The notes under the pieces are model-generated. The model was not told where the DNA came from. It saw only the letters and a list, made by a program, of their open reading frames with translations, and ran no database searches. This document shows, piece by piece, positions 1 through 13,100 of a stretch of DNA of 41,318 nt. A program made the translations under genes and the position numbers. How positions within the stretch are numbered: the first letter of the stretch is position 1; each line of letters begins with the position of its first letter. Source of the stretch: Chlorokybus atmophyticus (lineage: Eukaryota; Plantae; Mesostigma and Chlorokybus algae); NCBI GenBank assembly GCA_009103225.1, contig RHPI01001891.1, positions 1 to 41,318 on the forward strand. Direction: 5' to 3'.

Positions 1-146
1 AACCCTAACCCTAACCCTAACCCTAACCCTAACCCTAACCCTAACCCTAACCCTAACCCTAACCCTAACCCTAACCCTAACCCTAACCCTAACCCTAACC
101 CTAACCCTAACCCTAACCCTAACCCTAACCCTAACCCTAACCCTAA
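1..146 (-). repeat. Terminal telomeric array (CCCTAA)n = (TTAGGG)n on the minus strand, ~24 units
   Basis: Perfect AACCCT repeats from base 1 to 146, then a variant CCCTAATCCT junction into unique sequence; C-rich strand at the 5' end as expected for a left chromosome end. Confidence 0.97.
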
Positions 147-1109
147 TCCTGGTTGGATCACTGTTGATACGATCTATAAGAGAGGCTTGAGTTGCCTCTC
201 TTCCTCATTGTGTCTCTACGGTGTGAGGTGTACCTGTTAGGTCTTGGAAGCTAGCTTTACTCAGTCTGTTAGCTAGTCCCTCTACATACCCGAAACCCTT
301 CACAGGTGCTTACCTACGGCTTTTCAACATGAGCTCTTTGACTTGGCCCCTTACATTTGCTACTGCTAGTCTACTGCTCTGTATGCAGACTTTGTAGCTA
401 CAGTGTGCGTTGCATTTCAGCAGGCGAACACACACTGTTATGTGTGATTTCAATGAGCTCTTGTGTGTTGATTGATAAAAGTTTATGCTGTACACTTAGC
501 TATGCTGATTAAATGCCGCGCCATATACATGCATGCATGTTTATGCACATTTTACACAAAGTTAACGTAATGCCTGTGACTGGCAGCAGACTGTCGCCTG
601 CCTACTTATTTTTTGGCACACTAGTTTGTTGCTGGTGTTCAATTTGATGAGGCGCTTGAGGTGTGGTTGGATTGGTAATTAACCATAGAAGATGACCAGC
701 TACTTGCTGAGCTTCTTTTCTGTTGATATGCATCGTTGCCGCCTCTGGCGTGGTCATACTGCTAGTTTTCTACCTCACTTTTTGGCATCGTGGCGTTAAG
801 CCTACACTTCATGGTTTTGGATGTTCTTTGTTGTGTTAGCTTAGTTTCTATTTGTAGATAATAACTAGCATTTTTGCCGCTTTTTTCGCCGCCCTCGTGA
901 CCTCCATGTACTAGGCATGGTCGAGGGCGGCGCCCTGTCTGGTCTGGTGGGCCATGTCCTTGTGCGCCGATGCACAAGGACAGCGTACAGCCGGCGTCCG
1001 CTGACAGTCGGGCTATGCTTGTTCTTAATTGGGTTTATTGCAATTGGGAGGGCGGGCCCCCACCAGATGTTGCGACATATTGCATATGTTACGATGATGG
1101 CGGGGGTAT

Positions 1110-1130
1110 CCTAACCCTAACCTAACCCTA
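1110..1130 (-). repeat. Short degenerate interstitial telomeric tract
   Basis: CCTAACCCTAACCTAACCCTA, same orientation as the terminal array, with one unit missing a C. Confidence 0.8.
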
Positions 1131-1886
1131 GTGACCCATTAAATTGCCTTCCAATCTGGCTCATTTTTTGAGCTATTTTTCATTTTTACTTTGTGCGATA
1201 TTCTCATTTTCTTGCTTAATGTTTATATTGAGTTTACGCATATTGCTATGACCAACTCTGGAGTTTCTGAGTTTTCATGCCGACATAATTGCCTGCTGTT
1301 GATATCCATGAAACCTCGGTCAACTTCCTGGTTTGGTTAGGTTAAAGATAATGGAACTGAGTTTTATTGGTTAACTTTTAGCCAATACTTTCTCGGTTAC
1401 GTTCTTGGTTACTTTCAGCCATTTTTATCTTTTAACTGGCTGTATTGGGTTACTTTTTAACCAAAACACGTGTCGCTTTTACAGTTAGATATGTCAGTTA
1501 AGGGTTGAGAAAACCATGCTTTAACCCCAAATTGTTAGTTAATATTTAACTAACTGCAAGGTTGATATCTATTCAGGTATCTGTGCCTTAGCTGAATATC
1601 AACAGTTGTTGTCGATATCCAACAGATTTAGGGTTTGCGGCAGTTCGGCCGCTACCCGTACTTATGTGCGTGAGCTGTTACATGCTTGTCCTGCGTCATC
1701 CCACCTTAGGCCCGGCGGACGACGGGGACTCAACTCCCCGAAACCGGTACAAGGCGGTGGGCTTGAAGGTAAGTGTGTAATAGAGCTCATGCTTAGTATG
1801 CTAGCAATTTGCTAGTATTTTTACAAGTTTTCCTTAAAAACATTCCAAAAAAACAAGTGTTTACATTACCCATTACCGTATTCAAT

Positions 1887-1918
1887 CCTAACCCTAACCC
1901 TAACCCTAACCCTAACCC
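1887..1918 (-). repeat. Interstitial telomeric tract (~5 perfect CCCTAA units)
   Basis: CCTAACCCTAACCCTAACCCTAACCCTAACCC, same orientation as the terminal array. Confidence 0.92.
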
Positions 1919-1989
1919 ATGTACGTATTGTGTATCTTATGCAAGCAATTAATTTGTGTGTTCACAATGGGCATCATGGATGGCGAGGA

Positions 1990-2280
1990 AGCTACCACTG
2001 TTACACTGACGGCGGCAATCGGCGCCTTTTGGATTGGCTAACGCTGCTGCAATGGGTGGTGGAGAGTTGGGGTGAGCTTAAAATCCGCATCATCCACAAC
2101 ATATTGAAAAAGGCAAGCATCTCCATCGACAACACCACAGCTGACACGCCGGAGGCAGCTGCTGAGGAGGAGGAGGAAGAGGAGCTACCACTCGTGGAGC
2201 AGGAGCAGCTGAAGGAGCTACAACGGCGTGAGGAAAAGGCTGCAACTATAAGAGCTGAAGATTGCTTTATCAACTGAATG
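1990..2280 (+). pseudogene. Possible C-terminal remnant of a pogo/Tigger-like DDE transposase
   Basis: LLQWVVESWGELKIRIIHNILKKASIS followed by an acidic run resembles the pogo-type C-terminal W-V-x2-[AS]-W-x2-I-x3-I-x-N-x-F-K-K-x2-I-S motif plus acidic tail. Recognised by eye; no catalytic DDE region seen. Confidence 0.35.
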
Positions 2281-3410
2281 GACAATGCGAATGAGAGTCA
2301 GCATGATAATGATGGCTTTGATAGTAAGGATAGTAAAGATGACAGATGACACCATTATTAGTAGATGAGCTTAGCAATGCATATAATTGTCCTGCTCTCA
2401 GTATCAAAGCTGAACAAGTTGTTGAACATGCTGTGTTGCAACGTGCCCCACATTGCGTAACTTGCGGGAGGTTGGACTATACGGTGATAACAAAGTCCCC
2501 CCCTCATTTTTGCAAAGGGGGACTATATTTTGGGGGGGGCGGGGGGGGGGGGTCCAATGTGGTAAATATGGTAAGTGTTTGCACTGGTGGTTCCATGTGG
2601 TGCCAAGTGCACATGGCTGTGCTCGCTTCAAGGAATCTATAATGTGTTAAGTCTGAGAGCAGTCAGCTAGGCAAATGCCTTGCACGCCAGGATCTGTTTC
2701 AACATATTCATGACTCTAACGGCGTACACTTTTATGTTTCACTAGGCTATTGACAATAGCCAAATAGAGACCGCAACCGCAGTCAACGATCAATCTCATC
2801 AGTAGCCGTTAGAAACGGTAGCTTGCGGTGAGCATCACCTGGGCGCTGGATTACGGTAGGGCGAACAGTTCGTGGCTGTACGATAGTAGGCCTACCCGTG
2901 GTGTTGTGCCGGGTCAACGCAGCCTTACCGTACCGGCGGACCATTGACATTCTATCGCAAACATTGATAAGAGTTTCCAGCACGATAGGTCACTACCAAG
3001 TACAAGCATATGCCGACTAGGCCTAGGCTAGCTTGCATTGTTTTGTGAGAATGTGTCGGACAGAGCACTGTGCCGGACAGTTCGTGACAGTACGGTACTC
3101 TGAGCCCTGACCCAACATCTGACACCTCGTACACAGCGACACTAATGGGCCAACTGACTACGGCCTCGACCGTACATCTGACGCGATAATTGCCCAGTAC
3201 GGACAGCATTTGCCTATTCCAGCTTCAGACCGTCGCTTCGCCACTGTCAACGCCCCCGCACTGCCTGCCGGCGGCGGCGGCGGAGGAGGACGAGGACGAG
3301 GACGAGGACGACGGCGAGGCGGGGGCGGGGGCGCACACAAGGCGCTGTCAACTCAGAAGTAATGAGATCAAGCAAATAAGTTTAGGCCTGTGCGCGCGTA
3401 TGTGTGACCC

Positions 3411-6400
3411 ATGGGTGCAGAGCGATCCAAAGTCCGCGATGTTGAGCCAAGCGCTGTTGCTGTTGCCGTACCTAGTGAAGTGGCAGTTGGCACTGTCAAA
3501 GCCAGCGAGGACGGAAAAGGCGAAGAAAGAGGAATGGAGCGCCGACATAAACCGCAGGTCGGGACTGCTCTCTGTCTCTCTCTCTCTCTCGCGCTCGCAC
3601 GTGCGTGCCCTGCTTGAGACGTTTTTCTTTGGCGCAGGGCAAGGGCGAGGAGGCACTCTTCGTGATTCGTCTCAAGGGCAAGGGATCAAGCCGCCAGCAT
3701 TGTCCGTCCGAACAGCAGGACTCGCAGCCAGAGCACGATGGCGATGCTGCCATGCTCAGCGACTGGCTTGCGACAGCATCAGCATGGCCCACAGCAGCAC
3801 ACGCTGAGGTATGCGTCTGTGCAATTCTGTGTGCCGAGTCTCCATAGCTGGTGCACACGCAGCATAGTATAGTTTGGTTGGGGTGAGAGCGCGCGCGCAT
3901 GTGCATGCATGTTGTAGGCATGGTTGTTGGAACCTGTGGCTTACTCCTTCCTCTAGCTGGTGCACACGCAGCATAGTATAGTTTGGTTGGGGTGAGAGCG
4001 CGCGCGCATGTGCATGCATGTTGTAGGTGGTGAACCTGTGGCTTACTCGTTCTCCTTGTGCTGCAATCTGTCAGCACGCGCCGCAGCAAAGAGAGGATTC
4101 CGCTACCGATCGCGGTCCTGGCCACAGCGGCTGCGCCGCGACCGCTAACTCAGACCACGCCAGAATCATGGTAATCATGGTAACGCACAGTGGCTGTTTG
4201 CTGACTACACTAAACTCACAACCACGCTTGCCACTGCGCGTGTCGTCGATTGACCACGTTGCATCAGCACACCTGCATGCATTGGTGTGGGTACTCAACA
4301 CCACGCCAGCAACATGCTCATGCGGGTGTGTGCACCCAGTCGGCTGTGGCGGTGCTCGCCGTCAAGTGCGGTGCAGTGGCGGCTTCACGTGGCGCGAGTC
4401 CCGCGGCGCAGCGTTGGGTGCGCGCGGGGGCCCTCGTCGCCGCAGTGCAGGCGTTTGGTAGGTTGGTGGCGCAGAGGAGGGAGAAGGCGCTGCGGCGCTT
4501 CCGACTCAACCTGCAGTTTCGCAGCCCTCAACTTGAGGCTGAATTTCGCTCACAACTCGCCCCGCACGCCACTAAGGTGCACATACTAGTTGTATCGCGC
4601 ACACGTATGTACGGTCACGTCAAATGGGCCCACCAATACATGCATGCGTACATACACGCATATGCACTCAGGCGCATATGTCTGCGCACACACCCGTACA
4701 CCCGCACGCTTAGGCAAGTATGCGCGCACGTACAGGACTTGGTGCGTGCGTTCGTCCTGGCGATAACACTTGTGGTGTTGGGGGGTGCGTGCCACGCGGG
4801 CGCAGTGGGTCCGGCGGCCATTACTTCACCGGCATGGTGGGCTGCGCTGGCGTCCCTTATGGCATTGCTGCTCGCCGGCTGGTGGGTTTGCGTGCGATAC
4901 TTGAACAAGGGAGCACTCGGGAAGCACACACCCATAACAAGTTGGTTGTTAACTTCGACCATGCCCGTGGCTATAAATGTGGCGATGGGTGTTGGGTTCA
5001 TGTTGAGTTGGGTTGGAAGTGGTCCAAAGAGCCGACCTCTATGGCAGGCCCCTCATCAGAAAATAGTGCTGCTTGTAGCTTTCAGTTTTGTGTATCATTT
5101 AGTGAAGTTGAGTGGCGTGCGCTATGCTGTGGCTGCATCGGCTCTCATCACATTCAACGCTGTTGCATATGCGGCCACCCCACCCGCCACCACCGCAGAG
5201 AAGCAGGAGCTCGCACGCATGAACCTGTACATAACCCTCATTCTGTTCCTGCACCTCATTGCGTCGTTTAGCCACGAACACACCGAGCGCAAAAGGTCAG
5301 CTGCTGCAGGCCTGCAAACAGCAGTGTGACTGCATGCATATCCAGAAACATGCGTGCGAACGCATGCACCTACCCGCACATGCCTGCAGGTTTTTACTGG
5401 CGAAGGAGGTGGATAGCGAGCAGGTGCGTGCGCAGGGACTTCTCACGCAGATGCTTCCGCAGCGCATCATCCGCACCCTCAAAGCCAATCCTGGCAGCCT
5501 GATTGCCGACAAGTACTGCAACGTCACCATCATGTTTGTGGCGCTGCAAGGCTTTGCCGACCTTGTGGCCAGCACGCCCGCCAAGCGCCTCATCAACTTT
5601 CTCAATGGCGTCTTCTCTGAGTTCGACGCCCTCTGCGCCCAGTAAGCAACTGTACAACTGGTCAATCTGTTTACACATGCATACAGACGCATACGCACGG
5701 ACACTTGCGTATGCTCATGCGCGTGCTCAAGCGTGTACATCTGCACACTTGCACGCACGAACGCACGCACCGTAGCATTTATTGATACATGTGAGCACAC
5801 TCTTGCTGGCTGGTTGTAAACACCATCAGCAACGCTATGTCACACGACGTATGTGTTTGCACATTTTTCAGTCACAGTGTGTACAAGATTGAGACGGTCG
5901 GCGACACGTACCTTGCGGGTGCGGGTTTGCTTGACGGCGACAACAGCAGCGATGACAACGGGCGCGAGCACGCGCGCAGGGCGGCGGCGCTAGCGCGGGA
6001 CCTCATACGCGTGCAGATGCTGCTGGAGAGCGTCAAAACAAACATCTTCCATAACATACCTCTCCAACTCAAAGTGGGACTCCACTCAGGCCCCGTCGTC
6101 GCCGGCATCATCGGCGCCAAAAGACTCTTCTATCGCGCCTTTGGTCAGTAAAGTATCATTGATTACACACGCAAGAGCTGACGTGCAAACAGTGCTCACG
6201 CACTTGTTGGACTATCTGCCTCAGGAGACACTGTCAACACAGCCAGCAGAATGTGCAGGTACGTTGCTGTGAAAAATGGTCATGTGCACCTTCTGATGTT
6301 GATGAGTGCATGCATGGACATGCAGTCACGGGTTGCCAGGCAAAGTCCACATGTCAGGGGCGACTAAGGAACTGCTGGAGGTAGGTGACGTTGTTGTCGG

Positions 6401-6675
6401 GAGGCTTGGAGAGAGGCACAGCATTGGGCAAGCACACCGTTGTTGATGCGTGCGTGTGAGCGTGTGCATCTGTGTGACAGGGTAGTGGCTTTGCTGTCTT
6501 CAGCAGGGGCGTGATAGAGGTGAAAGGCAAGGGCCCCATGGAGACATTCTTCCTGGAGCAAGATGTGGATGACTCCCAGCTGTATAACCACGGCAGTCTC
6601 AACCTGTTTCAGACTGAGGTGCGTGCCAGGCACAGGAGCAACGAGCAAAAGAGACATGCGTGTCCAACTACTGAG

Positions 6676-6733
<58 letters not shown>

Positions 6734-9295
6734 GCACACACACACACATTTTGCAGGCGGATCGGCAACCTGGCCGCCAGAAGAGCCGCGCCACAAGCGG
6801 CTCCCGTGACAACGATGTCAACAACAAGGACACCAACAAGGTGTCGGCTACTGTGCGGAGTGTAGCGCAGTTGCTGCTGCGCGGGACCAACGACACCCAA
6901 CATCAACACCCACATCACCACCAGCACGACAATCAGCATCACCCTCCTTCTCCATTGCTCGCTGCCGCTGTGTCCCCGTTCCCGTCGTCGCCTTCTGCTT
7001 CAACGATGCCACCTGCAAAGGTACCCACCTTTATCACAGCATGCTGTCCCCCCGTAACAGTAGTGTTCAAGACTTCTCATCTGCAGCGCGTGGACGGTTT
7101 GGCGAGTGACATCAAAGATAACAAAGGACCCAGCCCGGGTAGCAGAAGGAGGACGAGCATGTCGTTAGACTTTATCAACATGCTGCTGCCCAGGCCAATA
7201 GCAACGACAGGACAAGCGGATCACAACGCCACGGACGATAAATGCGAAACCAAACATGTGAGTGCGAAGCGTTTGCAGATTGACTAGACGTGCACGCACG
7301 CATGCATGTAGGCACGTTTTCCACAGCGGGCGTGCAGTTGCACACGCACGCGTACACAGCCGCGCACACCCTCTCTCCAAGTTGAACTGCTTATGGAACT
7401 CACTTTGCATGACCGACGGGTGTTGGCTGTGAGTCACCTAAGCCGCTTGCAGCTTTGGTGGTGGCGCTCGCTGCCGACGCTGTTGAAGGAAAAGTTGTTG
7501 CATCCGAGCGGCAGCGGCTGGTCCTTCTCCGGTGGCAGCCAGCACAGCGGGCAGCCGACACAGCGGCCGACTAAACTGCCAAAGCTGCTTGAGGTCAACG
7601 CCGCCACCACCACGGGAGCAACACTGAGCACTTCCCCTGCTCCAACAACGCCGTGGGACCCCATCACACTCCGCTTTAAAAGGCACTACTTACGAGTTTG
7701 CAAGCATTGCACCACTTAAAGTGGTGTATGTGCGTATAAGCCACTGCGTATTTGCACATGCATGTGTGTGCGCATCTTGTCAGTACAGTCGCTGTGAGTT
7801 GCGTATTGACGTATTGTTGGGTTGTGCCATGTGCAGCGCCGAGCTGGAGACAGCTTATCAACGCGACAACGACAAGGCCACGCTCCGTCAGGTATACATG
7901 CACTAACACCAAAAACGCATGCATAGAGCTGTTTAACTCAAGACTTTGCGCAGATGCAACTGGTGGTGGGACTCTGCTGCAGCGCCCTTCTCCCCTACAC
8001 TCTCTTTGACATACTGCAGCACCGCCCGGACGCGTGGCTCGCCGTCGCCTTCTCCCTGCGGCTGGCGTACACCTCCGTGGCCCTCGTGGCCCTCGTGTAC
8101 ATGTCAGTGGCTTTACGTTGGCCAAGGCACAGAGTACGTGCTCTCACGCAGCAGCGGCTGATGACGGGGCTGGCGGTGGCGGGCAGCGTGGTGGTGATGG
8201 CGCTGGCGGCCATGCGCAGCGAGGGCTACGACAGCGTCAACGAGGAGGTGGTCATGACCATGACCATCACGCTCCCCGTTGTCATGCTCGCGTGTGGCCT
8301 CACCTTCGTCCACGCCGCTGCCGCCGCCGTCTGCGCTGTCGCACTCTTTGGCAGCCTCGTGGCCGCCCTCTTGAACCGACATCGTGGCCACACCAACAGC
8401 AACATCGTTCCCGTTGACAACGCACACATTGCCGCGGGCATCATCTCCCACGCCATCGAGTTTCTGTTTCTCATGGCTTCAGTGAGTAACGCGTGTATGT
8501 TGCACATGTGTGTGTATGCGCACGCGTTCACTCCGCACGTCTCCCACTCTCGTGCAGGTAAGGCAGCAGGAGTGCAGGATGCGGGGCCACTTTCTGCTGC
8601 AGAAGGAGTTGGTGAAGCAGAACCGCATGTCTTCAAACCTCATTCACGATCTTGTACCGCCTCAGATAGGCATGCTGCTGAAGCGGGGCATGCGCAGCAT
8701 AGTGGACCACTACAGCGAAACCACGTGCTTGTTCAGCGACATGGTGGGCTTCACCCCGCTCTCAATGGCGCTTGGTGCGCACCGCCTCGTGCTGTTCCTC
8801 AACCGCCTCTACACCACATTTGACAGCCTCTGCGATAAGCACCGCGTATATAAGGTCAACATTATTGGGGACGCCTACGTGTGTGTGGCGGGTGTCCCTG
8901 TCCGCGATGACGCCCATACGGCTGCCGCCGTGGAAATGGCGCGATCCATGCTTCACGCCATTGACGCGCTGCGTGACGAGCTCCTCATCGCCGCCAACAC
9001 CCACGCTGTCTCCACCGCCCCCCAAGCCAAGTCTTATGAAATTGCCATGCGCATTGGCCTTCACTCAGGGCCTGTTGTTGCAGGAGTGGTGGGCATTGCT
9101 GCTCTGCGGTATGAAGTCTGGGGGGAGACCGTGCGGATAGCGAACAAAATGGAGAGCTCCGGCAGGCCCGGATGTGTCCACCTCAGCCAAGAGTGCATAA
9201 TTAACATCAAGGAGTCTCACCAGTACAAGCACATGCTTGAGCTGGTAGAAGATGGAACCGCTTTTCTTGCTGATGACCGATGCTTTAGACACTAA
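3411..9295 (+). CDS. Membrane-bound class III nucleotide cyclase, M1(6TM)-C1-M2(6TM)-C2, ~1315 aa, probably guanylyl cyclase
   Basis: Hand-built model with consistent phases: join(3411..3557,3638..3808,4075..4170,4340..4576,4736..5295,5390..5641,5872..6143,6225..6258,6326..6380,6481..6618,6757..7020,7087..7257,7453..7682,7837..7891,7954..8481,8558..9295) = 3948 nt, no internal stop. C1 motifs IMFVALQGF, VYKIETVGDTY, GLHSGPVVAGIIG, FGDTVNTASRM, VKGKGPMETF; C2 motifs CLFSDMVGF, YKVNIIGDAY, GLHSGPVVAGVVG, WGETVRIANKMES. Six hydrophobic segments each in exons 4736-5295 and 7954-8481. The start codon and first three exons are less certain. Confidence 0.85.
3845..4048 (+). repeat. Intronic tandem duplication, period 109 nt, ~2 copies
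   Basis: 74-nt core TAGCTGGTGCACACGCAGCATAG...GTTGTAGG identical at 3845-3918 and 3954-4027; GAACCTGTGGCTTACTC follows both copies. Confidence 0.9.
6678..6748 (+). repeat. (CA)n microsatellite in cyclase intron 6619-6756
   Basis: ~25 perfect AC units followed by CACG-interrupted units; the matching intron of the paralog (~19015-19025) has only a few CA units. Confidence 0.95.
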
Positions 9296-10149
9296 TGGAT
9301 GATGTTGCTTGATATAATAAGCTTTCACTGCCGCACGCATTGACATGCACTGAAATGCATGCCAATAGCTGTTGCCAAAACGTGAGGCGCAGCAAGTGTG
9401 CCTTCCAGAGTATTGACCATTTCACGAGATAGTGCGTGTGACGCTTTTGATACGGACTTGCACTATTGTATAGCTCTTGTTGAACTGTTGTGAAATCAGC
9501 ACCCATGCGTAGTCAATAAATTACAATTACAATTAATGACGCTGAGCGGCAATTATGACAACAAATCTTTGAACAAGTTGCAAAGCAATATGCCTCATAT
9601 TTGTCTTTATTGTAGTGATACAAAGAAAAGTGACAAAAGAACTGAAGAAAATGAATAAGCTTGGGCTTTTAATCTTGTATGTGCTTTCTTAAATCAAAAA
9701 TATACCTTGTATCGTAATGCAATGATATTAACATCATCCTTATTACAATGCCGCATACCTAACAAGCGAGAAAGGCATGTGAGGTAATACAACCTTGTCC
9801 CTGCCATGGACCCTTCGTATTCACATGTGTGTGTTACAAGTATGGTCTTCCATATACTGTATATGATATGGGGCACATATGAGACATGTGGCTCTCCCTA
9901 TAGCAGCGACTTTTACTGCCATTGCCTACGGATAGTGGTCACAATGCGCCTTAACCACTAGTAGTAGTTAGAGGTGCATTGTTGACAACTGATGTATATT
10001 TGTTGTCAATTACTTTTGATTTTCGTTCTGTTGTATTTTTATTCTATGCAGAAACTTAATTTGTGATGAGAAGTAACAGAGTTCATCATACATGGCTGGC
10101 TAAGAGATGGTCAACGAGAAAGAGCTAGGCACTAGCTATGCTGTCAAGC

Positions 10150-13100
10150 GAGTAACTATTGGAAGGGGAGGGGAACGGGTGAAAGCAGCGATGGGAGGGG
10201 AGGCCAGTTAGCTGGATGTGGAGTCGAAAGAAGGGGAGACCATGAGGTGCGGGGGTAAGATAAAGAGCAAGTCACAGAGCATAGGAAGTTGTTGCAAGCC
10301 CATGTGGCTTCGACCTTGGTGAAGAGCCGTAGGCGCTTGTCGTCAAAAGAGACAGTGGATACGCTGCCAATCCCCTTTAACCATGGTGAAGGTAGTGCAA
10401 GAGGAGCTGAAGACATTGATGTAAACTACGACGTGACGTCCAACTAAGCATGGTTCCGCGTCAGCTAGATGTGCCATAGCACTAGAGGTAAAAGGCATGG
10501 CCACAGGCGAGGAATGCCTTTAATCATGCCGCGGGGATAACACTTGTGNNNNNNNNNNNNNNNNNNNNNNNNNNNNNNNNNNNNNNNNNNNNNNNNNNNN
10601 NNNNNNNNNNNNNNNNNNNNNNNNNNNNNNNNNNNNNNNNNNNNNNNNNNNNNNNNNNNNNNNNNNNNNNNNNNNNNNNNNNNNNNNNNNNNNNNNNNNN
10701 NNNNNNNNNNNNNNNNNNNNNNNNNNNNNNNNNNNNNNNNNNNNNNNNNNNNNNNNNNNNNNNNNNNNNNNNNNNNNNNNNNNNNNNNNNNNNNNNNNNN
10801 NNNNNNNNNNNNNNNNNNNNNNNNNNNNNNNNNNNNNNNNNNNNNNNNNNNNNNNNNNNNNNNNNNNNNNNNNNNNNNNNNNNNNNGGGGGGGGGGGGAC
10901 ACGAGTGTGGTAAGGTTAGGGGAAAGGCGCGCGATCAAGCGCCTCCAATCTTGTCAAACCATGCCCATACTTTTTGGCTAAAAGCGCAATTAGCAAAGAA
11001 GTGAGACGACATCTCAATCCAAGCCATGTGGGCACATAAAGCATTCCTCGCTGTCCATGTCATGTTGAAGGAGGAGGTCCCCCGTGCAATGGGCCTGGTG
11101 AGAGAGAAGCCACATGAAGAAACGGGTTGATGAACTTCACCTTTTGCTGGGGCGAGGAGTGTGGACGCTTTGAATGAGTAGGCTAGACGACACCTTTTTT
11201 GCCTGCATTACTCCAGCATGTGAGGGCTATGATGCCATGGGCATGCCAAAACGCTTTTACTGCATACCTTACCTTGGAGCTGTACTTTCATATTGAGCGC
11301 GCCGGCGATGGGGATGTGTGTTGATAATCAACTCTTGCAGAGCTAGATCAAAGTGAAGGAGGACCCTAGGGGAGCTGCCAATCACCCGCCATCATGTGCA
11401 CGTCTACGCTGGTAGTAGTTCCAACCATAAGGGGCTGTTAATGGTCTGGGTTGAAGCTTTAGGTAGGGAAGACCTCCAGCTATGTGAGGGAGAGAGGACC
11501 CATTCTGTAGCATATGAGAGGATGAAGTCCAATTTTGGCCCAATCAGCCGAAAAGTAGTGCATGTGCAGCGGTTGCCGCTCACCTCCTTCACATGGAAGC
11601 AGTGTGACTGCAGTGGCACGGGTTGGGAGTGCCCCATCGGTTAGCAAGCTAATTTTGTTCCACCCAAGACAACATGATGTCCAGCCATCAGCTGAGAAGG
11701 GATGACTGCTGAGAAGAGGATAGTTGCTGTATTAAAAAGGATAACAGGGTGGGGAGCCGCTATGCAATGGTTGCCACGGTGTGAAATAATCTCATGGTGG
11801 TGTTTTTGAGGCCATGGAGTTTGTCACTGTGCAGCAACCCTGCCTCCACCCATCATGGTCTATGATAGCCTCTATGGTCGATTGAAGTCATTTATAGAGC
11901 CCAGCACAGACGGGCTGGCAAAGGACTTTGTCACATATAGCAGGCTTAAGAGGGGTGAGGGGACGGACTTGTAGCTGGGATGTTGCAAGATTAGGGGGGA
12001 CAATTGGACAAGACTGTTGTTTTCAAAATGCGTAAATTGATCTAAATTCGAGAAAACAGCCCCAACCCTGTTGGTCAGTAATTTTAGCTTTGGCGCCTCC
12101 TGTGTTGGAAAAGCTTTCCTATCACAAGACCCCCGTTGTTTCAAGTTCCATCGCATGGGCTTATAATATATATAATTGGTTCAACATCTAGTTAGGAAAC
12201 ATCACCTAACTGGACCGTGATGTTGATTATGCCTAGGTAGGTTTAGCCTGTTCTGGCACCCAATTAACATCTTTTGCATTACGAATTGTTTCCTAACAAA
12301 AGCTTACAGTGTCATTAAGAGTTCACTCGAGAGCCCAATTTATAAGCTAATATTTGGCTCGGCACTCGCAATGACAAACGTTGCACGAAACTCAAGGGAG
12401 TACATAAAGTGGCATCTGTTTGCATCAACCTTTCAACATTCTTACAGCTCATTAAAAGTTGTCTCATAATCTCTCTCGGGGATGAAATATAGAGACTCCT
12501 TGGTCTGCTTCTAAGTTGATTTCTTTTAGAGGCGCTCCAAAGTATTCGTTCCTCTCCATTTTCTCTTTCCATGGGAAAGCTAGCCAAGCAGCGCAGTAGG
12601 TTCACAGTGATTTGAGCAGCTTTGTGTACTTGCGGTGGAAGGAGCCACATGAATCTTCTTTAGAAACTCTTTTAAGGAGACTAGCGACTCATCCACCTGT
12701 TAATAGCACGTTCCGGTTATGGATAGAGTGTTTGTTGATACCCTGTTCATACGCATGTGCCCGCATAGCAGACTTGCTTTCGTTTTGCGAGCTCTTTGTA
12801 CACTGCAACATCCAATGGAGCACAGATGCATCATAATCACGATGACTTTTGTCGGCCTTACCACAAAAGTTCCTCCAACCCTGACTGACATAGCCAGTGC
12901 TTCTTAATTGGACACACCATCCGCAAAGGACATGATTGAGCACATTGCATGAGGCGCTGCATACATGAGAGCTTCTCGGCAAGTGCACACCTCTAGCGTG
13001 TTGTCTTTACCGTCTTCCAGTAGTGGCAACCAATACTTGCAAATGCCATTGCGGCACGTACCCTGGGTTGCAACATTGGTAATCCTCGTGCATGCAAGCG

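Noticed and set aside
162-329. TGTTGA...TCAACA-bounded 168-bp segment next to the telomere, resembling a solo LTR
   Set aside because: Flanks ATCAC and TGAGC give no TSD, and there is no internal similarity to the LTRs in the window.
1561-1604. Imperfect hairpin GTTGATA...ATTCAG / CTGAATATCAAC
   Set aside because: Short and bulged, with no TSD, partner or RNA-family signature.
3190-3350. Acidic AAAAEEDEDEDEDD stretch as an upstream cyclase exon
   Set aside because: No convincing in-phase donor links it to the 3411 exon; left unassigned pending RNA-seq.
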